The notes under the pieces are model-generated. The model worked only from the letters and a program-made list of their open reading frames with translations, was not told where the DNA came from and did no database searches. A DNA stretch of 64,000 nucleotides from a virus (lineage: Duplodnaviria; Caudoviricetes): the IMG/VR virus record IMGVR_UViG_3300044633_000115, positions 1,728-65,727 of that record; one strand, written 5' to 3'. Within the stretch, counting starts at the first letter, position 1, and every line of letters starts with the position of its first letter. Shown piece after piece: positions 18,945 through 28,701 of the stretch. Position numbers and translations under genes: made by a program.

Positions 18945-20014
18945 CTCTAGCCGTCAACTTAGCGCAAGGCGCATCAAACAACGTAACCTTCCGCAACAAA
19001 ATCATAAACGGGGCCTGTGTCATTGACCAGAGAAACGCAGGGGCTAGCGTAACACCTGTCAATGGGCAATATACGCTTGATAGGTGGGTATATTCTTTAG
19101 CGCAAACATCAAAACTAACTACTCAGCAAAGTACAACTGCGCCAACAGGTTTTGCAAACTCGCTTCTGGTTACTTCTTCTTCCGCATACTCTGTACTTAC
19201 TGGAGATAATTTCAATGTACTGCAATGGATTGAAGGTTACAATACAGCGGATTTGGCTTGGGGTACTGCATCGGCAGCAACAGTCACACTATCTTTTTGG
19301 GTTCGTAGTTCATTAACTGGAACATTTGGCGGGTCAATAGTAAACAACAACCAAAACTATTCTTACCCATTTAGCTACACAATTTCTGCTGCAAATACGT
19401 TTGAGTACAAAACAATCACTATTGCTGGGCCGACTGCTGGCACTTGGTCTAACACAACCACCACAAGGAATATTGGTGTCTGGATTGGTTTGGGCGCTGG
19501 AGCGTCAGCAAGCGGAACAGCAGGAGCATGGGCAGCAACTGGCTATTACAACGCCACAGGCGCAGTATCAGTCGTAGGAACATCAGGCGCTACCTTCTAC
19601 ATCACCGGCTTGCAACTAGAAGCAGGGACAACAGCATCCCCATTTGAGTATCGTCAGTATGGTACGGAGTTGGCTTTGTGTCAGAGGTATTTTTTGATGT
19701 GGGTTAATGGTGGAAGCCAGAACATAAATTTAGGTGGTTACTACAATTCAACTTACGTAACTACAGTGGTAAGTTTTCCAGTAACCATGCGAAGCGCACC
19801 AACGCTAACTCAGACATCAGGAACAAACTATTACGGAATCTATTCAAATAACACATTAGATTATTTTGATTCTTTTAGTAGTGGTATACAACAACCAACA
19901 ATAAATTCTGCTGGTATAGATTGCAGTACAAATGTAAGCGGAACTTCGGGGGCTTTAGGGAGAATAACTACCCATAGCGCAAGTTCCTATATTGGCTTTA
20001 GTGCGGAGTTATAA
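18941..20014 (+). CDS. Receptor-binding protein, copy A (carbohydrate-binding-like domain plus variable tip)
   Basis: FRNKIING...DQRNAG, DRW, VTLSFWVRSS.TG.FG, G.QLE.G..A..FEYR.YG.EL.LCQRY, FSAEL. Confidence 0.75.
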   Translation: MTLAVNLAQGASNNVTFRNKIINGACVIDQRNAGASVTPVNGQYTLDRWVYSLAQTSKLTTQQSTTAPTGFANSLLVTSSSAYSVLTGDNFNVLQWIEGYNTADLAWGTASAATVTLSFWVRSSLTGTFGGSIVNNNQNYSYPFSYTISAANTFEYKTITIAGPTAGTWSNTTTTRNIGVWIGLGAGASASGTAGAWAATGYYNATGAVSVVGTSGATFYITGLQLEAGTTASPFEYRQYGTELALCQRYFLMWVNGGSQNINLGGYYNSTYVTTVVSFPVTMRSAPTLTQTSGTNYYGIYSNNTLDYFDSFSSGIQQPTINSAGIDCSTNVSGTSGALGRITTHSASSYIGFSAEL

Positions 20015-20185
20015 ATGTATAAACTTGTTTTTAATCAAATGACTCAAAAAATTGAGTGTGTAAACAAACAAGAAGGTAATCTCTTGTTGAGCATCCCATT
20101 TGACCCCGCCAACACCGACTACCAAGCCTACCTTCGCTGGCTTGAGGCTGGCAACACACCAGAACCCGCAGAGGAGAACCAATAA
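20015..20185 (+). CDS. Fibre chaperone-like small protein, copy A (missing from ORF track)
   Basis: MYKL...SIPFDPANTDYQAYLRWLEAGNTPEPAEENQ, 56 aa, abuts both neighbours. Confidence 0.8.
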   Translation: MYKLVFNQMTQKIECVNKQEGNLLLSIPFDPANTDYQAYLRWLEAGNTPEPAEENQ

Positions 20186-21279
20186 TGGCTTTAACGCAAG
20201 TTGACCAAGGTCTGCTGGGTACTAACGCCCAGTACACAGGGTTTAAGAATAGGTTGATAAATGGGGCGCAAGTAATTGACCAAAGAAACGCTGGTGCTAG
20301 CGTTACTAATACAACATCTAATTTGTATGTAACAGATAGATGGAATATTTATGGACAACAAGCAAGTAAATTTACAGCACAGCAAAATGCTGGTTCTGTA
20401 ACACCGCCAACAGGATTTAAAAATTATTTAGGAATAACCTCATCTTCTGCATATACAGTTCTTAGTGGTGATAACTTTAAAGTTTTGCAACCGATAGAAG
20501 GATATAACTTTGCGGATATGGGTTGGGGTGCGGCTGGTGCATCATCAGTAACTTTATCCTTTTGGGTGCGTTCTAGTCTTACTGGAACATTTGGTGGTTC
20601 ATTTACTAATTCGTCATATAACCGCTCTTATCCATTCACTTACACAATTAGTTCTGCAAACACTTGGGAACAAAAATCAGTAACTATTGCTGGCGATACT
20701 AGCGGAACATGGCTTACAACAAATGGCATTGGTGTTAATGTTATTTTTAGTATGGGAATGGGTACAGACCAAAGTGGGACTGCTGGTGCATGGGCTGGCG
20801 CAAACTATCAATCCGCAACTGGCGCAGTCTCTGTTGTAGGTACTAATGGCGCAACATGGTATGTAACGGGAATAATGCTAGAAAAAGGCAGTACCGCAAC
20901 ATCGTTTGATTACAGACCTTATGGTACTGAGTTGCAGTTATGTCAGAGGTATTATTATTTAATGACTGCGGCATCAAACAGTGCTACTTTTTTTCATAAC
21001 CTTGCCGCAAATGCTACAAATAATGCATTAGGAGTTGTTAACTTTCCCCAAACAATGAGAGTTGCACCATCTTTAACAACTAGCGGAACTGCATCTAATT
21101 ACAGAATTTATTCTGCTGGTTCATTTGTTACTTGTACCGCTGTGCCATCTATTGACCAATCAAATCCTAATTCAACCAATATTTCTTATGGAGTTGCTTC
21201 AGGATTGACTAATGGTTATGGAGGGTGTTCCGTTGCAAATTCTACTTCAGCAATTCTTGGTTTTAGTGCGGAGTTATAA
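20185..21279 (+). CDS. Receptor-binding protein, copy B (paralog of 18941..20014)
   Basis: Same motif series (FKNRLING, VTLSFWVRSSLTGTFGGS, ELQLCQRY, GFSAEL). Confidence 0.75.
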   Translation: MALTQVDQGLLGTNAQYTGFKNRLINGAQVIDQRNAGASVTNTTSNLYVTDRWNIYGQQASKFTAQQNAGSVTPPTGFKNYLGITSSSAYTVLSGDNFKVLQPIEGYNFADMGWGAAGASSVTLSFWVRSSLTGTFGGSFTNSSYNRSYPFTYTISSANTWEQKSVTIAGDTSGTWLTTNGIGVNVIFSMGMGTDQSGTAGAWAGANYQSATGAVSVVGTNGATWYVTGIMLEKGSTATSFDYRPYGTELQLCQRYYYLMTAASNSATFFHNLAANATNNALGVVNFPQTMRVAPSLTTSGTASNYRIYSAGSFVTCTAVPSIDQSNPNSTNISYGVASGLTNGYGGCSVANSTSAILGFSAEL

Positions 21280-21432
21280 ATGTATAAATTACTTAAAAGC
21301 GTTACAGGCGAAACAACGGCTGTCTTAAAAGATGGGATTACAAGCATTCCATTTGACCCCGCCAACACAGACTACCAAGCCTATTTAAAGTGGGTGTCTG
21401 AAGGCAACACGCCACAGCCCGCAGACGAATAA
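21280..21432 (+). CDS. Fibre chaperone-like small protein, copy B (missing from ORF track)
   Basis: MYKL...SIPFDPANTDYQAYLKWVSEGNTPQPADE, 50 aa. Confidence 0.8.
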   Translation: MYKLLKSVTGETTAVLKDGITSIPFDPANTDYQAYLKWVSEGNTPQPADE

Positions 21433-22334
21433 TGTTTGGTTACGCCGCCTTTGCCCAATCTACCTTTGCCGGTCTTGGCGGGACGGCGTTCGCCTTATCT
21501 ATCTCTGAAGACATCGCACTAGCAGATGAAAGCGCACAAGCATCGGCGTTCCTACAGTCCGTAACCGAGAACATCATAGTAGATGACGTTGACAATGACG
21601 CAGGGACTAACTACTTCGGTAGCGTTACAGAAACAATCACGCTGGACGACTCCAGCACTCAGGCATCGACTTTCCTACAGTCAATCACAGAAGACATCAT
21701 TCTTGCCGACTCGCTTGCAATCGCTGCCCAGTTCGCTGTTGCCCGTGCAGAAGACATAACAATCGCAGATGACCAAGTTGTTTTCACCGCTATGTTGAAT
21801 GACCGCACCGAGCCGTTCGTAATAGAAGATACCCCAGCCTCGCAGTTTTCCTACCTTGCCTCAGTCACAGAGCCAATAACTCTAGAAGACACGCCGACTG
21901 CAACAGCCCAGTTTGCCCTAGCCATATCCGAAGCCATAACGATAGAAGATGCGGAGTCCATCTCTGCTCAGTTTGCTGCGGCTGTGAGCGAGAACATTAC
22001 GGTTACTGAAGCCATCACTATTTTCTCTGTGTTCTTCTTGGACATTTTTGAGAACTTTGGCGTAGATACGGCGCTGGTTGTATCCCAGAATGTATTCCTG
22101 TCCATCATAGAAAACGTCACCCTTGCGGATGTGCCGACCATCCAAGCCGCCTTCGTAGCAGCCATTGCCGAGAATGTCAATATGGCAGACAATACACAGG
22201 TAGCGGGCTGGATAAAAATTATCGATGACCAGACAGCAAACTGGACGTTAATCAGCAACACAGAGACAGCAAATTGGACAGTGGTAAATACCACCAACAA
22301 CGCAGGCTGGACAGATATAAACAACCTACAGTAA
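21432..22334 (+). CDS. Acidic 20-aa-repeat virion fibre/spike protein
   Basis: About 12 repeats of S(V/I)xE.I...D; almost no Lys/Arg; Trp-containing C-terminal repeats. Confidence 0.6.
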   Translation: MFGYAAFAQSTFAGLGGTAFALSISEDIALADESAQASAFLQSVTENIIVDDVDNDAGTNYFGSVTETITLDDSSTQASTFLQSITEDIILADSLAIAAQFAVARAEDITIADDQVVFTAMLNDRTEPFVIEDTPASQFSYLASVTEPITLEDTPTATAQFALAISEAITIEDAESISAQFAAAVSENITVTEAITIFSVFFLDIFENFGVDTALVVSQNVFLSIIENVTLADVPTIQAAFVAAIAENVNMADNTQVAGWIKIIDDQTANWTLISNTETANWTVVNTTNNAGWTDINNLQ

Positions 22335-22343
22335 AGGTAAACC

Positions 22344-23378
22344 ATGTCAAGTACGTACTCACCCAATCTAAAAATTGAATTGATGGGCAATGGTGACCAA
22401 GCCGGTAACTGGGGGTCAACCACCAACACCAATCTTGGCACGCTGATTGAGCAGGCTATCTCAGGCTATGTAACCCAAGCAGTCTCTACTGGCACGGACA
22501 CCATAATCACTATTCCAGACGGTGCGACTGGTGTTGCTCGTAACATGTTCATAGAACTAACGGGTACAGGCGGAGCGAGCACTAACTTAATTGTGCCGAC
22601 TAATAAGAAGCTGTACTTCATCTACAACAATACCTCTAGCGGTCAGGTCACGGTCAAAGTTACAGGTCTGACTGGGGTGTCAGTCCCTAACGGGGCGAAG
22701 ATGATTCTGGTGTCTAACGGCACTGACATAGTAAACGCCACTAACTACATCGCGTCTTTGACCCTTGGCTCTGCGCTACCTGTCACATCTGGCGGTACAG
22801 GTGGTACTACTTCTACTGGCTCTGGTGCGGTTGTTCTGGCTACTAGCCCTACGCTGGTAACTCCTGCTCTTGGCACGCCTACATCGGGTGTGATGACCAA
22901 CGTAACTGGAACAGCATCTGGTCTGACTGCTGGTTCTTTGGTGGCTGGTGCTGCGTTCTCAACTCCATCAATCACAATCCCAAGCGTTATTGGTGCAATG
23001 TTGGAGGCGGCAACCATAACGGCATCTGCCCCTGTATCCAGCACTAACTACGATGTATCTACCCAGACGGTGCAGTACTACACAAGTAACGCCACAGTTA
23101 ACTTTACGCTAAATATCCGTGGGAATAGCTCAACTTCGCTAAACACTTTGATGGCTATAGGTCAAGCCATGACTTTGGCATTATTGATTACAAACGGTGG
23201 CACCGCCTACTACCCTAACGTAATTCAGATTGACGGCACAACAGTAACACCTAAGTGGCAAAACGCTATAACGCCCAGCGCAGGTATCGCTAATGCAATA
23301 AATATCTATGTGTTCACGGTTATTAAAACAGCCAGCGCCACATACACAGTCCTTGGCTCACAGACTCAGTTTGCATAA
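22344..23378 (+). CDS. Tail fibre protein (proximal/anchor)
   Basis: MSSTYS.NL.IEL...G.Q.G.WG.TTNTNL N-terminus; GGTG, SPTLVTPALGTP fibre motifs. Confidence 0.75.
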   Translation: MSSTYSPNLKIELMGNGDQAGNWGSTTNTNLGTLIEQAISGYVTQAVSTGTDTIITIPDGATGVARNMFIELTGTGGASTNLIVPTNKKLYFIYNNTSSGQVTVKVTGLTGVSVPNGAKMILVSNGTDIVNATNYIASLTLGSALPVTSGGTGGTTSTGSGAVVLATSPTLVTPALGTPTSGVMTNVTGTASGLTAGSLVAGAAFSTPSITIPSVIGAMLEAATITASAPVSSTNYDVSTQTVQYYTSNATVNFTLNIRGNSSTSLNTLMAIGQAMTLALLITNGGTAYYPNVIQIDGTTVTPKWQNAITPSAGIANAINIYVFTVIKTASATYTVLGSQTQFA

Positions 23379-24142
23379 TGCCAATACTAACTAACCTTGG
23401 TTCTGCTACCGCCCGTGGCTACGGCTTTGGCGGGGTTGTGGTGTATGCGCTTACTATTTCAAGCAATCAAACCGACTTGAATCTAAGAACGTATGCGTTA
23501 GCAAATGGTTGGACGGCATCAGGCTCACTACTCCAAGTGACGGTTAACGCAGGGGTCTACATCTTGGCAAGTGGGACGGGAACCCCAGCACTAACAATCA
23601 ACGGAACATATCCCGGTGGCGTAGTCCTCATAAACAACGGATACATCATTGGTTATGGCGGTGCGGGCGGTGCTGGTGGTTCTGGCGACCCCCCACCCAG
23701 CAGAGTTGGTTCTGCCGGTTCTGTTGGTGGCACAGGTATTTCTGCTTCATCTGCGGTAAGAATTGCAAACAACGGCACTGTTGCTGGTGGTGGCGGTGGC
23801 GCTGGTGGTGGCGGTGGTTCAAACTTTGGTGACTGGTACGGCGGTGGCGGTGGCGGCGGAGGTGCTACTTATGGTGGTGGCGGTGCTGCTGGGGCTTCAA
23901 GTGGTCCGGGTACAGGTACATCAGGCGCGGGAGCCGCAGGTACTTTAAGCGCTGGAGGCGCGGGTGGACGTAGTAATTACGCTACTGGCGGTACAGGTGG
24001 TGGCTGGGGTGCGGCTGGTGCAGCAGGTAACAATAGCTCACAAGCAAGTGGTGGCGCAGGTGGCGGAGCAGGTAATTACATAGTGGGTAACTCCAACGTA
24101 ACTTGGCTAGTAAACGGCACTCGCTTGGGCGGGGTGTCTTAA
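23378..24142 (+). CDS. Glycine-rich adhesin (T-even gp38-like polyglycine domain)
   Basis: INNGYIIGYGGAGGAGG, IANNGTVAGGGGGAGGGG, GGTGGGWGAAG; follows a fibre gene. Confidence 0.65.
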   Translation: MPILTNLGSATARGYGFGGVVVYALTISSNQTDLNLRTYALANGWTASGSLLQVTVNAGVYILASGTGTPALTINGTYPGGVVLINNGYIIGYGGAGGAGGSGDPPPSRVGSAGSVGGTGISASSAVRIANNGTVAGGGGGAGGGGGSNFGDWYGGGGGGGGATYGGGGAAGASSGPGTGTSGAGAAGTLSAGGAGGRSNYATGGTGGGWGAAGAAGNNSSQASGGAGGGAGNYIVGNSNVTWLVNGTRLGGVS

Positions 24143-24145
24143 AGT

Positions 24146-24868
24146 GTGGATCCTTTCACTCTTCTCATGGCGGCCCAAACCGCCGTTGGTTTTATCAAGC
24201 AGGGGTGCGCTCTCCTGCATGAAGGGCGTATGGAGTTGGAAGGGGCTAAGAAGACAGCCGAGCAGGTCATTGGCGATGTCAAAGCAATTAAAGGTGTGTT
24301 TGATTGGTTCATTGGTCTATTCGTTAGTAAACCAGCCAAGCCAGCCGAAGAAAAGCCTGTGGCAAAAGCGAAAGCCAAAGCCACAACCAAACAGCAACAG
24401 TCTTACGAGGAACTTGAACTTAAACTCATCAGCGAAGTGGGCACACAGTTGGGAGAATTCTTTGATATTCAGCAACAACTCCAGACCTACTACCATGAGT
24501 TAGAGGAGCAGTCAAAAACTAACTACGACCCAGCCCAGAACACCAGCAAAAAAGCCATAGAGCGTGCGCTAGTTGAGTTGCAGTTAGAGAAGTTGGGAGA
24601 GCAGATTAGAGAGCAGATGACAACATATGCCCCCAAAGAGTTGAAAGCAATCTACAGCCGATTCCTAAAGATGTACGCCAAGATTGAACAGGAGCAGGAG
24701 TGGGCTAGGTCTGAGATGGTTCGCAGGGCTAGGTTAGCTAGGTGGCAGAAAGAGCAAGACGAGATTCGGGCTATTGAAACAACAACTGGAGTAATTGCCG
24801 TGATGTTCATATCAATGTTTTTTGGGTGGCTAATGTGGCAACTACGCGCCTTGTCTGGTGGATACTGA
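24146..24868 (+). CDS. Membrane-anchored coiled-coil protein in lysis region
   Basis: MDPFTLL start, helical body, single C-terminal TM helix. Confidence 0.7.
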   Translation: MDPFTLLMAAQTAVGFIKQGCALLHEGRMELEGAKKTAEQVIGDVKAIKGVFDWFIGLFVSKPAKPAEEKPVAKAKAKATTKQQQSYEELELKLISEVGTQLGEFFDIQQQLQTYYHELEEQSKTNYDPAQNTSKKAIERALVELQLEKLGEQIREQMTTYAPKELKAIYSRFLKMYAKIEQEQEWARSEMVRRARLARWQKEQDEIRAIETTTGVIAVMFISMFFGWLMWQLRALSGGY

Positions 24869-25002
24869 TAGGAGTAGCAATATGTATAGTCGTTGCAGCA
24901 ACCTCAATGGCATACGTAGAAACCCTATACATGCGAGCACAACTTAAACAAGAGATTAAAGAGTTGCGCAAACTTAAACGTGAATTGAAGGAGCAGAAAT
25001 GA
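24826..25002 (+). CDS. Small TM plus coiled-coil protein (missing from ORF track)
   Basis: GTG start; LVWWILIGVAICIVVAA then LKQEIKELRKLKRELKEQK; stop overlaps holin ATG (ATGA). Confidence 0.6.
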   Translation: MANVATTRLVWWILIGVAICIVVAATSMAYVETLYMRAQLKQEIKELRKLKRELKEQK

Positions 25003-25421
25003 TACCTATTGGCGCACTTTTAGACATTGGTGGGAAGATACTAGATAAGGTATTTCCTGACCCAGCACAGGCGGAGCAGGCCAAGCTCAAGTTACTTGAG
25101 ATGCAACAAAATGGCGAGTTAGCAAAACTCAATGCCGACGTTGCCGAATCCCACGAGTTGACCGAGCGGCTCAAAGCAGATATGGGTTCTGACTCTTGGC
25201 TATCCAAGAACATTCGTCCTATGACGTTGGTATTTATCTTGATTACCTACACGACTTTTGCGATGATGTCCGCGTGGGATATTGAAGTAAATAACAACTA
25301 TGTTGAATTGCTGGGACAATGGGGCATGTTAATAATGTCGTTTTACTTTGGCGGTAGGACGCTGGAGAAAATTATAGAGATGAAGGCTAAAAATGAATCT
25401 AAGCGAACACTTCAGTCTTGA
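24999..25421 (+). CDS. Holin (GTA-type 3TM holin-like)
   Basis: G.KILDKVFPDP..AKLKL, SDSWLSKNIRP, MSFYFGGRTLEK; adjacent to endolysin. Confidence 0.8.
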   Translation: MIPIGALLDIGGKILDKVFPDPAQAEQAKLKLLEMQQNGELAKLNADVAESHELTERLKADMGSDSWLSKNIRPMTLVFILITYTTFAMMSAWDIEVNNNYVELLGQWGMLIMSFYFGGRTLEKIIEMKAKNESKRTLQS

Positions 25422-25845
25422 CGAGGCAACGTATAGCGAGACTGCTATACGGATGAACATTGATAACCAGCCCGACGAACGCCAACTGGCAAACATGAAG
25501 TCGGCTGCTGAACAACTGGAGGCAGTCCGAAATGTCACAGGCGCTCTTCGTGTTAATTCTTGGCTACGCTTGCCTGATGTCAACATGGCTGTTGGCGGTT
25601 CTAAGGTATCCAGCCACATGGATGGTTGGGCTATTGACTGCTCTTCTTCTGCTCACACTCCTTACGCGCTATGTCAGCTTGTTATAAAAACTGGCATTAA
25701 GTTTGACCAAATGATTCACGAGTATGGACGTTGGATGCACATATCTTTTGCGCCTGAGATGCGTCAGCAAGCGTTGACTATCTATAAGCCAGAAGGCAAA
25801 TACAAACCCGGCATCTTGACAGAAGCCGAATACCACGCGAAGTAA
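25393..25845 (+). CDS. Endolysin, peptidase M15A family
   Basis: LSEHFSL.E, NSW.R...N.AVGG...S.H..G.A.D, W.HIS Zn-peptidase motifs. Confidence 0.88.
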   Translation: MNLSEHFSLDEATYSETAIRMNIDNQPDERQLANMKSAAEQLEAVRNVTGALRVNSWLRLPDVNMAVGGSKVSSHMDGWAIDCSSSAHTPYALCQLVIKTGIKFDQMIHEYGRWMHISFAPEMRQQALTIYKPEGKYKPGILTEAEYHAK

Positions 25846-25846
25846 T

Positions 25847-27961
25847 ATGCCATTACAGAAACTACAGTTCAGACCCGGCGTTAACCGCGAAGGCACTACT
25901 CTCTCCAACGAGGGCGGTTGGTTTGACTGCGACAAGATTCGCTTCCGCTCTGGCTACCCTGAGAAAATTGGTGGCTGGCAACGTGACGGCGGTTTAGCTG
26001 CTACAACAGAACCTGTTACAACACTTGTGGCTACTAGTGGGCTTACAACTGCGGCTGTGCCACCTAGCGGTGCGTTCTGGGGTGTTGCCAAAGCCATGTG
26101 GAATTGGATTAACCTGACAGGCTACAACCTATTGGCGGTTGGAACTAACCTCAAGTACTACATTCAGAACTCGTCTGGCGGTGCGTATAACGACGTAACC
26201 CCCATTCGCCTAACTAATACAGCGGTAGCCAACGCTTTCACTACGACGGACACCTCATCGACTGTGACGGTTAACGATGCTGGGCATGGAGCGCAAGCAG
26301 GGGACTTTGTAAATATTACTAGCGTATCAGGCACTGTTAACGGCATAACCGCTGCCCAGTTAACTGGAGAGTTTCAAGTCCAAACTGTTACAAGTAACAA
26401 CACCTACACAGTTATTGCGGGTGGTACGGCAACTTCTACGGGCACATCTGCTGTTACTGCAACATTTAACTACCAACTCACTACTGGTAACACAACATTT
26501 ACTTACGGTACAGGCTGGGGTGTAGGTGGTTGGGGCGGTGTTACCACAGGGTATCCAGACACAGGATGGGGTTCTCCTGCGCCAGCGGGTCTTGGTATTG
26601 GCGTGCAGTTGCGTCTATGGAGTCAGTCTAACTACGGTGAAGACTTGGTGTTTAACCCCCGTGGCGCTGCTATGTATTATTGGGCTAATAACGCTAACCC
26701 AAACATTTACGACCGTGGGCAGATTATCAAAGCAGGTACTGCTGTAGCCACAAAGTCAGGTTCATTTACACCTGATGCTACTTGCCCGTCTATTGCTAAC
26801 TTTGTGTTGGTGTCCGATGCATCCCGCTTTACGTTTGCTTTTGGCTGTAACGACCCAACTGGTGTGTATGCAACGACGGCTCAAGACCCTATGCAAGTGC
26901 GTTGGTCTGACCAGAATACATTGGTTACATGGTTGCCCCTTGTTACCAACCAAGCGGGTGGTATCCGTCTAAGCCACGGCTCAACCATCATTACTGCTAT
27001 ACAAACTCGTCAAGAGATTTTGGTTCTGACGGATTCAGCCATTTACTCCTTCCAGTACCTTGGCGCTCCTTATGTGTGGAACAGTCAAATACTTGGAGAC
27101 AACATTTCTGTTGCTAGTCCCAACGCAGTATCTACAGTAAACAACGTCACCTACTGGATGGGTACAGATAAGTTCTATATGTACTCTGGTCGGGTAGAAA
27201 CCTTACCTTGCGCTTTGCGTCAGTACATCTACGGCAATATTAACTTGCAAGAGTCCTATCAGATTCACTCTGGGACTAACGAAGGCTACAACGAAATCTG
27301 GTGGTTCTATCCATCTATTACGGGCACCACTTCAACTGGTGAGAACGGCACAGGAACTCCCGGTTCGCCAAACATCTTGATTGACCGCTACGTCATCTAT
27401 AACCATCTAGAGCGTACTTGGTACTACGGCACTATGAACGGTACGACTGTGCGCCCCCGCACGGCTTGGTTAGATAGTCCGTTACGTTCCGAGCCTATGG
27501 CGACTATTGGCTATGTTTCTAGCGGTGCTTATACAAATGGTTCGGTGGTGTACCAAGAAACGGGTGTAGATAACAACGAGACTGGCACTCCAATTGCCAT
27601 TGAATCTTATGTTCAATCCTCGGACTTTGATATTGGTGACGGTCATAATTTTGGTTTTGTGTGGAGGCTTATACCTGACATCACATTTGATGGCTCCTCC
27701 TCAGCAGCGCCTACCGCTTACTTTACGGTAAGACCCCGTCAAAACCCCGGTGCAAACTACAGCACCTCAAACAACCCGTCCGTAGAAAGCGCACAGTCTT
27801 ACGCAAGTACAACGACATACAACGTCCAACAATTTACCCAGCAAGTGTTTGTGCGGATACGCGGTCGTCAGATGGCGTTTAAGATTTCTTCATCAGACCT
27901 TGGTACACAGTGGCAACTAGGTGTTCCACGTATTGATGTCAGACCGGACGGTCGTCGATGA
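25847..27961 (+). CDS. Tail nozzle / DNA-stabilisation protein (P22 gp10/T7 gp12-like)
   Basis: 704 aa; PGVNRE, RFRSG.PEKIGGW, VRWSDQ, EIWWFYP, RIRGRQ; beta-propeller-like. Confidence 0.75.
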   Translation: MPLQKLQFRPGVNREGTTLSNEGGWFDCDKIRFRSGYPEKIGGWQRDGGLAATTEPVTTLVATSGLTTAAVPPSGAFWGVAKAMWNWINLTGYNLLAVGTNLKYYIQNSSGGAYNDVTPIRLTNTAVANAFTTTDTSSTVTVNDAGHGAQAGDFVNITSVSGTVNGITAAQLTGEFQVQTVTSNNTYTVIAGGTATSTGTSAVTATFNYQLTTGNTTFTYGTGWGVGGWGGVTTGYPDTGWGSPAPAGLGIGVQLRLWSQSNYGEDLVFNPRGAAMYYWANNANPNIYDRGQIIKAGTAVATKSGSFTPDATCPSIANFVLVSDASRFTFAFGCNDPTGVYATTAQDPMQVRWSDQNTLVTWLPLVTNQAGGIRLSHGSTIITAIQTRQEILVLTDSAIYSFQYLGAPYVWNSQILGDNISVASPNAVSTVNNVTYWMGTDKFYMYSGRVETLPCALRQYIYGNINLQESYQIHSGTNEGYNEIWWFYPSITGTTSTGENGTGTPGSPNILIDRYVIYNHLERTWYYGTMNGTTVRPRTAWLDSPLRSEPMATIGYVSSGAYTNGSVVYQETGVDNNETGTPIAIESYVQSSDFDIGDGHNFGFVWRLIPDITFDGSSSAAPTAYFTVRPRQNPGANYSTSNNPSVESAQSYASTTTYNVQQFTQQVFVRIRGRQMAFKISSSDLGTQWQLGVPRIDVRPDGRR

Positions 27962-28662
27962 CACTGCCTTTAGAACGCGCCTTTGCGTTAATCCCACCCA
28001 ATGCGCCGCGCCTACCTGCGGCTCCAGTGGAGTACGACCAGAGATACGTAGATACCTTAACGGGCATTTTGCGTCAGTACTTCAACACCATTGATAACTT
28101 TACGCAGGCATTTTCTTCTGGTACGGGTGGGGGGTTCCTGCAGTTCCCGTTTATCTCTGCATCAGATACTGCTACACAATATGCAACAGCCGCAAACACG
28201 CCGACCATAGTTCAATGGAACACCTTAGAGGTAGGTAATGGTTTTACACTAAACGTAGGCAATACCGCTACCGCACAAGTTTCTGGGATATACAAGATTA
28301 CGTATAGCCTCCAGTTCGCTAACAACGACAACGCTGCCCATGACTCTATTGTTTGGTTGCGTATAAACGGCTCTACATCTGCGGCGGACGTAACAGATTC
28401 CACAACTATTTTTACTTTACCCGCTCGTAAAAGTGCTGGTATACCGTCTTATGTCTGCGGCTACTCCGAAGTTGTTTTTTCATTATCCGCAGGAGATACT
28501 GTTGGCTTGTGGTGGGGAACTGACCAAGCCGCTACTTCTGGCGGGGCTACTGGTAACTACATCTTCTATCAAGCGGCGCAAACTACACCTATGGCTTACC
28601 CAGCAGTTCCTTCTGCTATTGGGTCAATAACATTTGTATCAGCCTTGTTCCCAACGGTCTAA
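27958..28662 (+). CDS. Tail needle/spike-like protein with C1q/BclA-like C-terminal domain
   Basis: LP.AP.EYD..Y coiled N-terminus; SGIYKITYSLQF, LSAGD.V.L jelly-roll motifs. Confidence 0.55.
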   Translation: MTLPLERAFALIPPNAPRLPAAPVEYDQRYVDTLTGILRQYFNTIDNFTQAFSSGTGGGFLQFPFISASDTATQYATAANTPTIVQWNTLEVGNGFTLNVGNTATAQVSGIYKITYSLQFANNDNAAHDSIVWLRINGSTSAADVTDSTTIFTLPARKSAGIPSYVCGYSEVVFSLSAGDTVGLWWGTDQAATSGGATGNYIFYQAAQTTPMAYPAVPSAIGSITFVSALFPTV

Positions 28663-28673
28663 CATGATAAACT
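28645..28673 (+). promoter_or_regulatory. Putative sigma70 promoter for the ejection-protein genes
   Basis: TTGTTC-17 bp-TAAACT with extended -10 TG, 28 nt upstream of ATG 28702. Confidence 0.5.
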
Positions 28674-28701
28674 CGATTAACCCCCTTTATACGAGGCAGA
28701 A

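Noticed and set aside
18941-21432. Diversity-generating retroelement or invertible shufflon in the duplicated fibre genes
   Set aside because: No reverse transcriptase or invertase seen; copies are direct, both coding, and differences are not adenine-specific.
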